Source: Mactra antiquata (taxonomy: Eukaryota). From it: 64,000 nucleotides of DNA. Below the pieces are notes generated by a model. That model was not told the DNA's origin. It saw only the letters and a program-made list of their open reading frames with translations, and made no database searches. Each line of letters begins with the position of its first letter. Position 1 is the stretch's first letter. This document shows, piece by piece, positions 38,568 to 49,760 of the stretch. A program made the position numbers and the translations under genes. The stretch covers positions 3,853,510-3,917,509 of the forward strand of contig CM103826.1 of the NCBI GenBank assembly GCA_047288015.1, in the 5' to 3' direction.

Positions 38568-38868
38568 AAGCCCAGGACTAGTGAATATTTATTTGGGGTA
38601 GTGATTATAGCTTAATTTGTATAATCGGCCAAGTTGATGATTTGGCCATTACTATAGCTTCCAGATCTATAGACTGACTTCATAAATATTGTGTTCACAT
38701 AACAAAAGCCTGTTTCATAACACTGATATTAGGAAGATATAAAGTTAAGTTTGCATATTTAAATCATATAGATACACAGATGAATTACTTCATGTCAGTA
38801 CAAAAACATGCATAACGTATAAAATGCACTATAGTAACATTAAATTTTGTTATTTGTCTATATTGCAG

Positions 38869-39088
38869 ACATGAAGCTGAACGTTTAGAACAAGAAGCTA
38901 AAGGTCGTCTAGAGAGACAGAAGATCAGTGACGAAGCTGAAGCTGAGAAAGCTCGTAAAGATCTTCTAGAGTTACAAGCTCACAGCGCCGCCGTAGAATC
39001 TACTGGTCAAGCTAAAGCTGAGGCTCAGTCTCGTGCTGAAGCTTCCAGAATTGAAGGTGAAGCTGCTGTTGAACAAGCCAAACTTAAG
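38869..39088 (+). CDS. MVP: Major vault protein, coding exon 12 (coiled-coil region)
   Basis: Acceptor tattgcag. Translation (R)[73 protein letters not shown] matches human [73 protein letters not shown]. Donor GTATGT. Confidence 0.88.
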
Positions 39089-40212
39089 GTATGTGTTTAT
39101 TACTCTGTTATTGTGTCCAGGCAGCATATTTATACTTAATATATATATATATAACACCAGCTGAAACTCTAGACTTGTTTATAAAAACTAAATTGACATG
39201 GTATAACTTTCTAACCAAAACAAACAAAAAAAGCCAAAAAATCCACAATAAACAATATGGGACTAAACAAGGAATGTTTTCATGAGTTAATGCCTTTAAT
39301 ACAGTCATGTATGTCTATTTCCTATTATTTCATCATGATGGTTTCCTATTGATTTCGTGGCTCATGAATGATTCTCTTGTACAATATTGTGTCCAGCAAA
39401 TTTTACCATGTTTCGACTTCATGCAATTAAAGATCAGTTCTTCGTCCAATAATGCAAAAATCAACAGTTAAATTCATGTACCTTATTTCTTTACAAGTGT
39501 AGAGCTTAAGGCCTATGCTTAATTAGTAAATGAGAACCACAAGACATAAGCAAAGTAGCATACATAATCTCAACCATAAAAAGCATATGTTTAAGTGTTT
39601 TAAAACTCTGTATATTAATTTTTATCTACTCACAAAATCTAAGGTTTAAAATGATGGACATTATGAAATTAATGAATGACTTGTAGTAAATAGAATGTCT
39701 GAATGTAAATTAAGAAACTGATTTAGAAATTAGTATTTTCTCACTTAAATTATGCCAACTTCTTATCTAGAGATAAATATACTTTGAGAGATGGTAATTT
39801 CAGTGGTAAGCCATTCTTAATCAATAGTGAATTTGAAATATAGCTTTTTTTTAGTACTCAATAAAACAATTGCATCGGTAGATTGAATGTCTTTGATATT
39901 AAACCACAACTAAGACCTTACCATTGGTTTGGTGGTGTTAGGAATTTAGTATGAAGCATCTTGGGCTTAAAATTTCACAAGCTTTTGCCTGACTTATTAT
40001 GTTTCATAATAAAGAGCCAAATTATCAACTGGCCCAACTGTATGAATTATGTAATTTTTACTAGCCTGAGTCAAATTTTACTAGTCCCAGGCTTTGGCCT
40101 AGATGGTTAAGGGAAGGACTGATGAAGTAATGCATATACCTCTTTCAATGAGTTGGACTTTAAGATTACAATGTATGGTTGATTCATTTCTATAATTTTA
40201 TTTTACTTATAG

Positions 40213-40590
40213 GCTCAAGCTATGAAGATTGAAGCTGAGTCTGAATTAGAAAGATTAACCAGTGCCAGAGAGGCGGAGCTTAAATTTCTTAGAGAACAGA
40301 ACGAAATGGAGCTTTCAAAGTCTCGCGAAACTGCTGAAATTGAAACTGTCAAATTCAAGCAAATGGTTGATGCTATTGGAGCAAGCACTCTCCAAGCTAT
40401 TGCCACTGCTGGCCCAGATCTACAGGTTAGGATGTTGCAAGCTCTTGGCATGAAATCGACCGTTATCACCGATGGTACCACCCCAGTAAATCTGTTCAAC
40501 ACGGCCCAGGGTCTTATTGGAGGTCTCGGAGGTGGATCTGTTGTACCAATGAAACGTTCCCGTAGAGATGATGATGAAGATGACGATTAA
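40213..40590 (+). CDS. MVP: Major vault protein, terminal coding exon 13 including the TAA stop at 40588-40590
   Basis: Acceptor tacttatag. Translation [125 protein letters not shown] matches human AQALAIETEAELQRV...[57 protein letters not shown]. Anchored by ORF 40222-40590. The 13 exons sum to 2577 nt with no in-frame stop. Confidence 0.92.
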   Translation, partial: AQAMKIEAESELERLTSAREAELKFLREQNEMELSKSRETAEIETVKFKQMVDAIGASTLQAIATAGPDLQVRMLQALGMKSTVITDGTTPVNLFNTAQGLIGGLGGGSVVPMKRSRRDDDEDDD

Positions 40591-40643
40591 ACTGATCACA
40601 TATGAGACTGCTGAAAACAATTTATAAAATTGAGATTGGTATG

Positions 40644-40649
40644 AATAAA
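40644..40649 (+). promoter_or_regulatory. MVP: Candidate polyadenylation signal AATAAA for MVP, ~55 nt after the stop codon
   Basis: Canonical AATAAA hexamer in atgAATAAAttgacc, the first one downstream of the TAA stop. Confidence 0.5.
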
Positions 40650-41284
40650 TTGACCTTGATGATGCTGCTGTATAGTTTTTAGCAGAAATTTGGTATTTCG
40701 TAATACACGTAAATGACAATTTTATGAACATTGCTACAGACTTTAAAATGTAGCTGCCAGATTTTTTATATCATTTGTTGCAATTATTATAAGTGTACAT
40801 ATGTTAATATGTTATTGATAGATGTGAAAATCAAATATAAAAACAAAACTTTGTGCTCCTGCACTGTGTAAGATATTGTGTTTAATGTTAGTGTATTTTT
40901 GTAAGAAATATTATTTTGTGTACTGAGGTGTTGTGCTTATATTGAAAACTGCATTCTATACTCTTCATATGCATTTTATATATACATGTAAAAACTCATT
41001 GTATTTTTTAGGATTGTTACTTAATATAGCCCCTAAAAACATTTCATTTTTCAAAGCATATCTATTTTGTTATTTTACGGTAAAAGTGCAATGTTTAAAA
41101 TTTTGATGGTTGCTGGGAAACTGATCGAAATTGTGTGTTTATATTATTGTTTCCATGGCAACACAAATGACCAAAGCCAGGATAAGTGTGATTGAAGAGT
41201 GAAATTTTGATACGTAAAACTTTATGTAGATACAACACAGTGACAATATTAACTTCACTTTTCTGTCGGCAGCCATTAGTGTCA

Positions 41285-41470
41285 GGGTGCCAAAGTTGGC
41301 ACCATTACTTAGCCAAACTCGGCTCTTATACGTAGCCAAACTCGGTACAATTATGTAACCAAACTCGGTACAATTATGTAACCAAACTCGGCACCATTAC
41401 TAAGCCAAACTTGACTCAATTACGTAGCCAAACTCGACACCATTACTTAGCCAAACTCGGCAGCATATCT
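41285..41470. repeat. Tandem repeat with a ~30-bp unit (tagccaaactcggcaccattact), about 6 copies, ~700 bp downstream of the MVP stop
   Basis: Repeated ccaaactcgg(c/t)ac(c/a)att(a/t) blocks. Confidence 0.85.
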
Positions 41471-41940
41471 TTATTGAAATTAACATGACTCTGTGAAATT
41501 TGGCATCATGTATGTCAATTTACCAACAATTTTACTTATATTATAGTAATACAACTAATATAGTTATACGTTGTATTAATATATGTATGTTGAGTTACTG
41601 TACTTTTCTTGTTTTGTAGATGTTTCACTAAATATTTCGTCTTTACTATTACTTGACTTGTCTTTTCTATATATGTGTAAACATATATTCTATATTTTGT
41701 ACTATTTGTACGACAATATCTGTGATGGCGTATTCACGAGGTAATTTATTATTATTTTCTACTTTGCACGTTTTTCTTTACATATATACAAATGTATAAT
41801 GTACAAAACAAAAATTGTGATTAAACGTTTACTCTTTGTTTAATACTTTGTTTTATTTGCTTTACAACTTGATTTTTATTATTTTATGGATGTTTGACCA
41901 GATGTGGTCATTTTAGTGGCACTACTAGTTTTTTTTTATT

Positions 41941-42231
41941 GGGTTTAACGCCGTCGCAACACATTGTATAGGTCATATCAGAGCGGTCAGTCAATTTACT
42001 CACCATTCCTGGAAAGGCTAAATCTGCATTTAGCTGTTAATCAGTTACTAGCCACATACTTCTTTCAGTGACTGACAACTGTCCTACTTGATTTTGAATC
42101 TGTGGTAGGAGGGAGAATGGCCGTAGAAATTATTTCATGACCAAGCTCCATGAAAGTATGCTCCGCCCAGTGATCGAACCCACGACCCCTTGATCAGTAG
42201 ACTTGTGCGCCATGGACTGAGCTGGCCGGGT
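41941..42231 (-). mobile_element. tRNA-derived SINE, family A
   Basis: Reverse-complement copy running gggtttaacgccgtcgcaacacattgtatagg...cagtccatggcgcacaagtctactgatcaaggggtcgtgggttcgatcactgggcgg... Confidence 0.85.
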
Positions 42232-44134
42232 TGCACTTCTAGTGAAGCTGTGTAAGAGATATATTTACAAGAAGCTTTCACTTTGAGATTTAGATCAAAA
42301 ACAGTATAATATTGCTCCACATGGCAGACATCTTGAAAAATGGCAGCCATCTTGGATTTTGAGGTGGAGGCATTTTGGAAATCATCTGAGCCAAATTTTG
42401 TAATCGTACTACTAAAGATTCATTCATAGGCCTCAGTACAAGTAGACAACCTGAAGGACAAAACAGAAGATACAATATACGTGTTATCAATAAATCCCCT
42501 GGTTATACATATCTGTTTAAAGAATTAGTATAAAAACCTCACCTGACTTGGCTTGCATCACTTGGTAAACTAGTTAAATGGTTGGTGTTTCCATGTTTGC
42601 CTAAATAAATGGCAAGTAATTTTTTAGTGCTTCTTTACTTACGATATAGTCACTATTCTTGCAGCACATCTGTAGAAGGTTTGTGTCTATGTTCATGCAA
42701 TAATATACAATGGATAGGGCTTGTGTAATTGGTCATGAACTTATGACATTGGACTGGTAATTTTGGATAGCCAGCTCTACTTTGGTTTGAGACCTATTTT
42801 GTTCCTTTGTGTATAAAATTTTATCTAAACTGCTTAGACTAGAACTGGTAGACAAAGATGCAGACTAGAGAATGATTAATATAAGTTGTAAGACTTTGTA
42901 TCATAATAAATTTAAAACAGATATACGCATAGATGAAAGGGGTAAAAAACGGCATGCATAGTCATGCGCCATAGATGTGAGGTGGCCACATTGACATGTA
43001 TACACTCGCATAATGTACCTTTTAACCTGAAAAGCCATCTTAAACCCAGGGTATTGACAGAAAAGTACCCATAGTACAAAAAATGGACAAAATACCATCG
43101 TTGCATAGAGTCAATCTCAGCTCAAGAAGTTTGTAATATTTAAGGTATACAATCCCTAATGGTAAATCACAATTAAAATAATTTTGAAAAGTATGAAAAA
43201 TGCTTACAAAACATAATAATTTTATTCAGTACAATCTCTTAATAATCTTTTAATGATAAGATTTATAACAACTTCTAATTGCAAAATTATTCGATAAAAA
43301 CTAATAGGTGTTAGTTATATGCCCCTAATATGAAACTAAAACAATTTCAAATGTGTCCCTAAAAAGTTTGCATGAACATAATTCAAAAATCTGACATAGC
43401 TAAAAAATTTAGAATTGCAATGTGCAAACAAGTATTATCATATATAGAATGTTTGAATGGCCTTAAAACGTTGTTTTTATTAGAGATTGTATACCTTAAC
43501 CAAAGCGGACCAAGAATTGCTCATTTTGATCTCGGCGGACATCTTCAAGTTTATTTTAATCTTAAATTGATCGTCACAAGGTACTTAAGTCAACCTATTA
43601 AACCAAGCATTGTTCGTTAAAGAAGGAATTGTAGTAACGTAACAATCTAGGTACATATTCATAGTATATATTATCTAAATAGTTTTGTTGTGTTGACAGT
43701 GTCCTCATTAATTGTGCTACTTTTGTATCATGTTACTATTATAAATACTGGATGACTAGATAATTAAAAGGCTGTCGTAATTTGTATTTCATAAAAAGTG
43801 GCTCGACAGTAGGAATTCCGTAAAATGGTAAGCATATGATTTTTTACATATATATTGTCAAAAAATGATCAAACTGCATATTGCGTAGTCCTATCAATAT
43901 TCACCCAGCCACAAAAATGGTGATTATGTAGGCCTATACAATTACCAAATTTATGTGATTACTGTTACAAGTAAATTATCACAAAGTGCAAAATTGTCTT
44001 ACAAGGAAATTTAAAAAAAGATAAAAAAAGTACACAACCAATAGATACTTAAATATAATCCAATATATTGCGGCACTAGAGACAGTGAACAATCGAACCT
44101 GAAACGTGTTAACGGCTACCGCAAGGTTGTGCCT

Positions 44135-44154
44135 TATAAAAGCGACTGTCCAAT
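44135..44154 (+). promoter_or_regulatory. Candidate core promoter (TATAAAA at 44135-44141 and CCAAT at 44150-44154) for the glucanase gene
   Basis: Sequence ccTTATAAAAgcgactgtCCAATattc lies ~30 bp before a candidate non-coding first exon. That exon ends at the donor cacagGTAAAA at 44312/44313. The start-codon exon at 44723 is preceded by an acceptor gatttcag, so a 5'-UTR intron is required. Confidence 0.35.
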
Positions 44155-44369
44155 ATTCAAACACTGCAAAGTTTTAACATGTTAATGAAATTAAGAATAA
44201 CGACAACACACTTTCATTGACACATTCACTCCTTTCTTTGAAAAGTGTTTGCCGACAAGTTCGACTGTCTATCCAATCGATTCAATCTTTCATGAAAGAT
44301 AGAGCCTCACAGGTAAAATTGGGCTTTGCCTATCTGTGTTGCCCCTATGAAAAAAGTCTTTATTATTAC

Positions 44370-44413
44370 TATTATACTTATTATTATCATTATTATCATC
44401 ATCACCATTATTA

Positions 44414-44480
<67 letters not shown>

Positions 44481-44506
44481 CATTATTACTATTATTATTA
44501 TTATTA

Positions 44507-44558
<52 letters not shown>

Positions 44559-44595
44559 CATTATTACTATTATTATTATTATAATTATTATCTTG
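44370..44595. repeat. (ATT)n microsatellite of about 75 units with occasional ATC/ACT variants
   Basis: Uninterrupted attattatt... run. It lies in the presumed 5'-UTR intron, ~130 bp upstream of the glucanase start-codon exon, and yields the poly-Y, poly-I and poly-N ORFs in the track. Confidence 0.95.
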
Positions 44596-44722
44596 AAATT
44601 ATACTCGTCATACAAGTTTCAAAATTATTTGTCAATAACACTATCTTTCATTAAATTCACCTTAAACATGCTTATGAACGTTATAATTTCATTATTGTTC
44701 TTGTTGACAATGATTTCAGAAA

Positions 44723-44834
44723 ATGAAGTTAGCACAGGCGCTTTCGGCCGTTGCGTGCTTGTTAGTGGCAGTGTCGGCACAAAATGCACAATTGAGTTTG
44801 TTACAGCCACAAGGATTGAAATTTTCACTTCCAG
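44723..44834 (+). CDS. Beta-1,3-glucanase / beta-glucan recognition protein (CBM39 + GH16), coding exon 1 (signal peptide; ends phase 1)
   Basis: Sequence tttcag|aaaATGaag. Translation MKLAQALSAVACLLVAVSAQNAQLSLLQPQGLKFSLP(G/D) has a hydrophobic h-region followed by VSA-Q, a typical secretory signal. Donor GTAAGA. Position anchored by the overlapping ORF 44326-44838, which is in another frame. Confidence 0.8.
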
Positions 44835-45536
44835 GTAAGATTTCAGTTCGCAAATCAAGTTCCAAATTTTAAGTTAATATTACCAAGATACGCAGAAATC
44901 CGCTCGATTACTTCCGTAAAAAGTTACGCAACTGCACGTGGAAGCGGTCAATGATTTTAAACACAAGAAAAATGTGTAAAAATGTGTACTAAATCAGATA
45001 TAAGTCGACTGTCGTACGACAGCTCTTCCGGACTCACTCCATCCCCGGTAAACCAGGGTATTATTATTCGTCAACGATAATAACGTATGAGTACCGTGGG
45101 TTTCCGACGATGGACTCACTCAAGTGTGCCCAATCTCTAAATATTTTTAAGAAAAAGTTAAAAACCCACTGGTTTCTTAACTACTGTGATAACTAAATTC
45201 GTCACTAATCCTCAGTTTTTATTAGTATTCATTTTATATTTTAGCATCTCTTAACCAGTTATCATTTATTCATAATTATGCATGTGAACATATTTTCAAT
45301 ATGAAAAGAGCGCTATACAAATATGGTATATAATAATATTAACAACAATAAAAATAGCTGGTTTCAACCATCGTGAAATTATTCTGAATAAAAGTACACA
45401 TCATTAGGTTAAATTTACCAGACTATACGAGGACTATTGTTTAATATGGCGTTGGCAAAGGTACTTTAATTTGGACACAATCACCTGTGTGTTTTTGTTG
45501 TTACCAAACCTACAACTAAAACATTGTATGTTTCAG

Positions 45537-45638
45537 ATCAGCCTGGTATATCCCTGGTTGGCTTACATTACAGTGTAAATCAACCAATTCATGGAGTAGA
45601 ACATGGACAAAATGGTGTTGATATTAACACTAAAACTG
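45537..45638 (+). CDS. Glucanase/betaGRP coding exon 2 (CBM39-like N-terminal glucan-binding domain, part 1)
   Basis: Acceptor gtatgtttcag. Translation (D)QPGISLVGLHYSVNQPIHGVEHGQNGVDINTKT resembles the GFSLFAFHGKLNEE... segment of insect betaGRP N-domains. Donor GTAACT is weaker than the others; an in-frame TAG 30 nt downstream forces splicing here. Confidence 0.7.
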
Positions 45639-45839
45639 GTAACTATGATATTAAGTCTACAGCAATATCTTAGCCGATGTTTATAAACATTTCAACATCA
45701 TAAACAAGGGATAAAGTCTACTATGTAGAACACTGTATAATGTACTTTAAAGGAAAAATCTTATGCCAAAAAGGAACGTAAGTTCATTTCATGAACTGGT
45801 CGCAGATGGTTCAAATCAAGGTCACATGCAATTTTAAAA

Positions 45840-46285
45840 GGGAGATTCATTCACAAAAACAACTTTAGCTTAAATGATAGTGTATCAAAAAAAGAAAAAG
45901 TGGAGTAAAAGAATTTTTGAATTTGCATGATTATTAACGAAATTATGAGCATAGAAGCGTTTATTTTCTCAAACTTCGTATGACATCACAATGACGTCAT
46001 AAGAAGTCAATTAATATGCGCATTGGTAATTTCTCTGTTATAAAAACACAAGTTATAAATTAAATATGTATTTTTAAAGTTCATTGCATAGTTTTTACAA
46101 ATTTGTTGACTCTTTTATTGTAATGTCACTCTAGGCCTAGAAAATTAGACAAAATATAACTCATTTGAAAATGGGCACACCCACCTAATTAATATTCATA
46201 AGCAAAGATTGCATCTTCAATCATGAATAACTCCTTTATCAGTATGTTGATTTTACAAATTCTTTCACATTTGAGTTTGTCTCCC
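45840..46285. mobile_element. MITE family 3 copy in glucanase intron 2
   Basis: Sequence aaagggagattcattcacaaaaac...gtatgacatcacaatgacgtcataagaagtcaattaatatgcgcattg...gtctcccctttaatg; the relative orientation of the inner part is inverted versus 6295-6650. Confidence 0.7.
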
Positions 46286-47040
46286 CTTTAATGACAAGAT
46301 GTTCAGAGGGTATTCACTACTCTGTGTTAATAATGCCTTTTGGATTGGATTGAAAGTTCATGAACATTGTACGAATGTTTTCTGTGTTTGACTTACGATG
46401 AATTTAGTCGTAAGATTTTTCGTGAAAATGTTTTACAGGTGCATTATGTCCACTCGACCATGTTGTATATGAATAAACGTGACATGAAACCTGCATGTCT
46501 GCTACAGTAGCGTCTAGAGCTAGCGTACATAGGATTTTACCTTAATAAAGTTGGTCTACTGTTTAAGAAACTGGCATGAGAGAGTTGGCCACATTTTGTA
46601 GCCTTGGTAATATAGCATAGGCTCCTGGGCGTTTGGTCCCGTCTTATCTGAATGAACCCCATCTCTTTGCCTCCTTTGGCAAGAAACTTCATGATGCATT
46701 CTTAGAAATGGGGTTTCGAGCTAGTGGCTGATACTTGTAATTAGCATGAAGACGTTCGATGAGATTAAATCACAAAGTTCAATACACAAATGTGCAATTA
46801 TGCCCTAAATATTATTGTGAATGTTTCGACCTTGTTGTTAGACCAATATAATAAGAAGAAGTTTCTTTAAATCGTTTAGATTAATACGGCCGACACAGTC
46901 CCGACCCACCGAAGTTCCTTAGTATATACACTGAGTACATGTAATGGTCTACGGTGACTCTGAATCGTGTCGTCACCATTGGTTTCGACATTTGTTCATT
47001 CAATATAGAATAGTTACTATCATGTGCATGGATATTTCAG

Positions 47041-47166
47041 GAAATGCATGGGTACATGAGAACCCTAATGTCGCTGTAAAACCAGGAGATACTGTATACT
47101 TTTGGTATAATTATATACAGAACGGACAGGGACACCTAGTACAAGATCAAACGTGGATTGCAACTG
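47041..47166 (+). CDS. Glucanase/betaGRP coding exon 3 (CBM39-like domain, part 2)
   Basis: Acceptor gatatttcag. Translation (G)NAWVHENPNVAVKPGDTVYFWYNYIQNGQGHLVQDQTWIAT(G). The motif GDTVYFWYNYIQNGQGHLVQDQTWIAT parallels [27 protein letters not shown] of lepidopteran betaGRP. Donor GTTAGT with an in-frame TAG immediately after. Anchored by ORF 46944-47171. Confidence 0.75.
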
Positions 47167-47444
47167 GTTAGTAATTGTTATATTTTGTGATAGGATGAGG
47201 GAAAGTTACAAACCTGACCGAGTCTCGAAACGGCGACCTTTTTGCAATACCCGAGCTAGAATTAAACCTGAAACCTCCCTTTTTACCATTATGTCCCTAC
47301 AGACTTGTATCTTCACCGTCTATGTATAGAACGTCTTTTGCAGTACCAGAACGAGGCTAGAGTCTGCGACCTAGATTTTTCAAGTCAGATGCTCTTTCTA
47401 CAGAATATCTCAGAAAAAATAATTGCGCATATACTATGATTCTA

Positions 47445-47575
47445 GATGGAGAATGGTCGTAGAAAGCATTTGATGACCAAACTCCACCGAGGTATATAGG
47501 CTCCCGGGAATCGAACCCACTACTCCGGGATGGACAGTCAGACACACTACTGACTGAGCTAACCGGTCGGGCAAC
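47445..47575 (-). mobile_element. SINE head fragment (tRNA-like head plus the first ~60 bp of the body)
   Basis: Reverse complement reads gcccgaccggttagctcagtcagtagtgtgtctgactgtccatcccggagtagtgggttcgattcccgggagcctatatacctcggtggagtttggtcatcaaatgctttctacgaccattctcca. Confidence 0.7.
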
Positions 47576-47672
47576 CCAATGAGTAATGATATACATGTAC
47601 GTGAAATAAAGCATCGTGCCTCATAGGTACATCCATTATATTTATATAATGGATACAGCAGCATATTAAAGG

Positions 47673-48020
47673 CACTCGTTCGCAGATTTGGTTAATTTTT
47701 TTAAAATTTTAAAATTACCTGTCTGTGTTTGTAATTGTACTAAGAAAATTAATTCTTAATATTCTAAGACAAACTGACCTATTGATTGTGAGAAATATAA
47801 GATAAATGTCTCAAAAATGCCTTAAATAATCTATACCGTTACTAACGGGTTAGGTTTTTAAGCATAAAATCACCATATTTTACAGCCGTATGCCAATTTG
47901 CACTAAAATTGTCATTATCAGAACACTGCTTTACTGTTTCCAAAATGTTTCTATACAGTTTTGAGAGTTTTAGAAACGTTGATATTTAAGTTGAAATCTG
48001 TGAACGAGTAACTTTAAGTA
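47673..48020 (+). repeat. Dispersed ~345-bp repeat, copy 2 (glucanase intron 3)
   Basis: See 8525-8870. Confidence 0.85.
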
Positions 48021-48358
48021 TGTTTCAAACATCTGTGTCATGATCAGTATAAAATCATTCTTGCACATCAGAGGTTATCAAAGATCTTGTTGATCTAAAA
48101 TAATCTAGAACATTGACAATTAATAGTGTATGAGAATGGCATACGGGATGCGTCTGTCTATAGCCATGTATTTTAATTATTTGAATTCATAATCCTTTCC
48201 AATGCGCCCTTTCTCGTAACCCAGAGGACATATAGATCGAGAATTTTAATGACCTTTGGGTAACGAGAATGTAAGACGCCGGGAACTGATACTTTTTTTC
48301 CTTTACTGTGAAAAAACCCAATGTTTATTTACTTTTTGTTTGTTTCTATGGTAACTAG

Positions 48359-48744
48359 GCCCCACTACAACAACAACTACTACTACAACTACAACAACAT
48401 CGAAACCACCAACAGTAGCTCAGACGGCTAAACCATTGGTTACAAATTCTGTTACAAACATCGGACCATCTAACGCTGGGTCCAACAAAGACCAAGGTAC
48501 TCAAACACCGACATCTGTGCCTGGAACAGCTCAGCCACAACCACAGACTCAATCTCCATTGACTGGTACAGGTAGTCAAGCAGTATCATCGTCTAGCGGT
48601 ACATGTGGATGTACTGGAAAATCTATCCGACCACCAGGATCTGAACTGACTTGTTCAACCTTCCCTTGTTTGATATTTGAAGATAATTTTGACACCTTGA
48701 ACCTTGATGTATGGGAACATGAGATTACTGCCGGTGGTGGTGGT
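48359..48744 (+). CDS. Glucanase/betaGRP coding exon 4 (Thr/Pro/Gln-rich linker plus the start of the GH16 domain)
   Basis: Acceptor ggtaactag. Translation (G)PTTTTTTTTTTTTSKPPTVAQTAKPLVTNSVTNIGPSNAGSNKDQGTQTPTSVPGTAQPQPQTQSPLTGTGSQAVSSSSGTCGCTGKSIRPPGSELTCSTFPCLIFEDNFDTLNLDVWEHEITAGGGG. Donor GTAAGT. Anchored by ORF 48436-48762. Confidence 0.85.
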
Positions 48745-48837
48745 GTAAGTTTACATTGTTGATCTATAAATGCATATTTATATATTAATCTAATACTGGA
48801 CTGGACACTCCTTTTGGCTGATAAAAACGATATGTCC

Positions 48838-49058
48838 GTGGCGAAGTAAACTATGCGCAGGATTTTGAATCCAGTGTGCCGAAGGGGTCGCTGGTTCGAG
48901 ACTCTACCGGGATGGTTTTGAAATTCGACAAAAATGTCAATATTTCTCCATTTATAAGGTATATGGATAAATTGTCGGCCTTGTGGATGGATAGGTGAGT
49001 ACTGGTCATAGACAAGGGTCCAGAAAATAGTGCAGGAAAGCTATTTGGTGTGCAAACC
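48838..49058 (+). mobile_element. SINE, family D (glucanase intron 4)
   Basis: Head gcgcaggattttgaatccagtgtgccgaaggggtcgctggttcgagactctaccggg plus body. Confidence 0.85.
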
Positions 49059-49208
49059 TTTAACTCACCGAGAGAAATGTTGATAAACTGCGTAAAATCT
49101 AAATGAACATTTTTGACATTGTGTCTTTCATTGATTTATTCTAATGATTTAAACATCATTTGGCTATTTGATATTATTGCATTTATACTTAATACTATCT
49201 TCTTTCAG

Positions 49209-49283
49209 AACTGGGAATTTGAGTATTACACCAATAATCGTACAAACAGTTATGTTCGTGATGGAAAATTATTCATTAAACCA
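49209..49283 (+). CDS. Glucanase/betaGRP coding exon 5 (GH16)
   Basis: Acceptor cttctttcag. Translation NWEFEYYTNNRTNSYVRDGKLFIKP is the GH16 laminarinase-type N-terminal beta-strand region. Donor GTAAGT. Anchored by ORF 49113-49355. Confidence 0.85.
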
Positions 49284-49489
49284 GTAAGTATGATAATACT
49301 GAGCATAATAATTTCGACTTTCAGGAACTTCATATTATTCAGTAAAAGTCAATAAAAGGTTTTTGTTCAAAGAGCAAATGGCTATTAGTAATGTTTAATT
49401 AAGATAGTTACATGTACCTTAATTGCATCTCCATTAGGGATGACCTACTTGAATAAACATGTATGTATGTCCTTAATTTAGCCAACCCG

Positions 49490-49760
49490 GTAAGTTCAGT
49501 AGGTAACGTGTCTGACTATCAATCCAGTGGTTATAGCTTCGATTCAGGGTGGGGCCTACACACATTCATGGAGTTTGGTCATGAAATTTTGTACTTTCTG
49601 CAGCCATTCTCCCTCCTACCGCAGCATCAAGTTGGACCGTTGTCAGCCACTGGCAGAGGCATGTGCTTTAAAGGTTAAAAGCTTAGGTCTATACATATTA
49701 GCCTCTCTAAGCACTGTGAGTAGACGACCGACCGCCTTGATATGATTGAAAATTTGTTGA
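49490..49760 (+). mobile_element. SINE, family C (glucanase intron 5)
   Basis: Runs gtaagttcagtaggtaacgtgtctgactatcaatccagtggttatagcttcgattcagggtggggcc...ggagtttggtcatgaaattttgtactttctgcagccattctccctcctaccgcag...gcactgtgagtagacgaccgaccgccttgatatgattgaaaatttgttgaaag. Confidence 0.75.

Noticed and set aside
40215-40731. Minus-strand ORFs (95 and 103 aa) and a +-strand 63-aa ORF overlapping the last MVP exon
   Set aside because: These are antisense or alternate-frame ORFs of a well-supported coding exon, without homology. Such ORFs are common in moderately GC-balanced coding sequence.
44217-44858. ORFs of 145, 170, 102 and 77 aa encoding poly-Tyr, poly-Ile and poly-Asn
   Set aside because: They are translations of the (ATT)n microsatellite and its flanks. 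The real coding exon (44723-44834) is in a different frame and is spliced.
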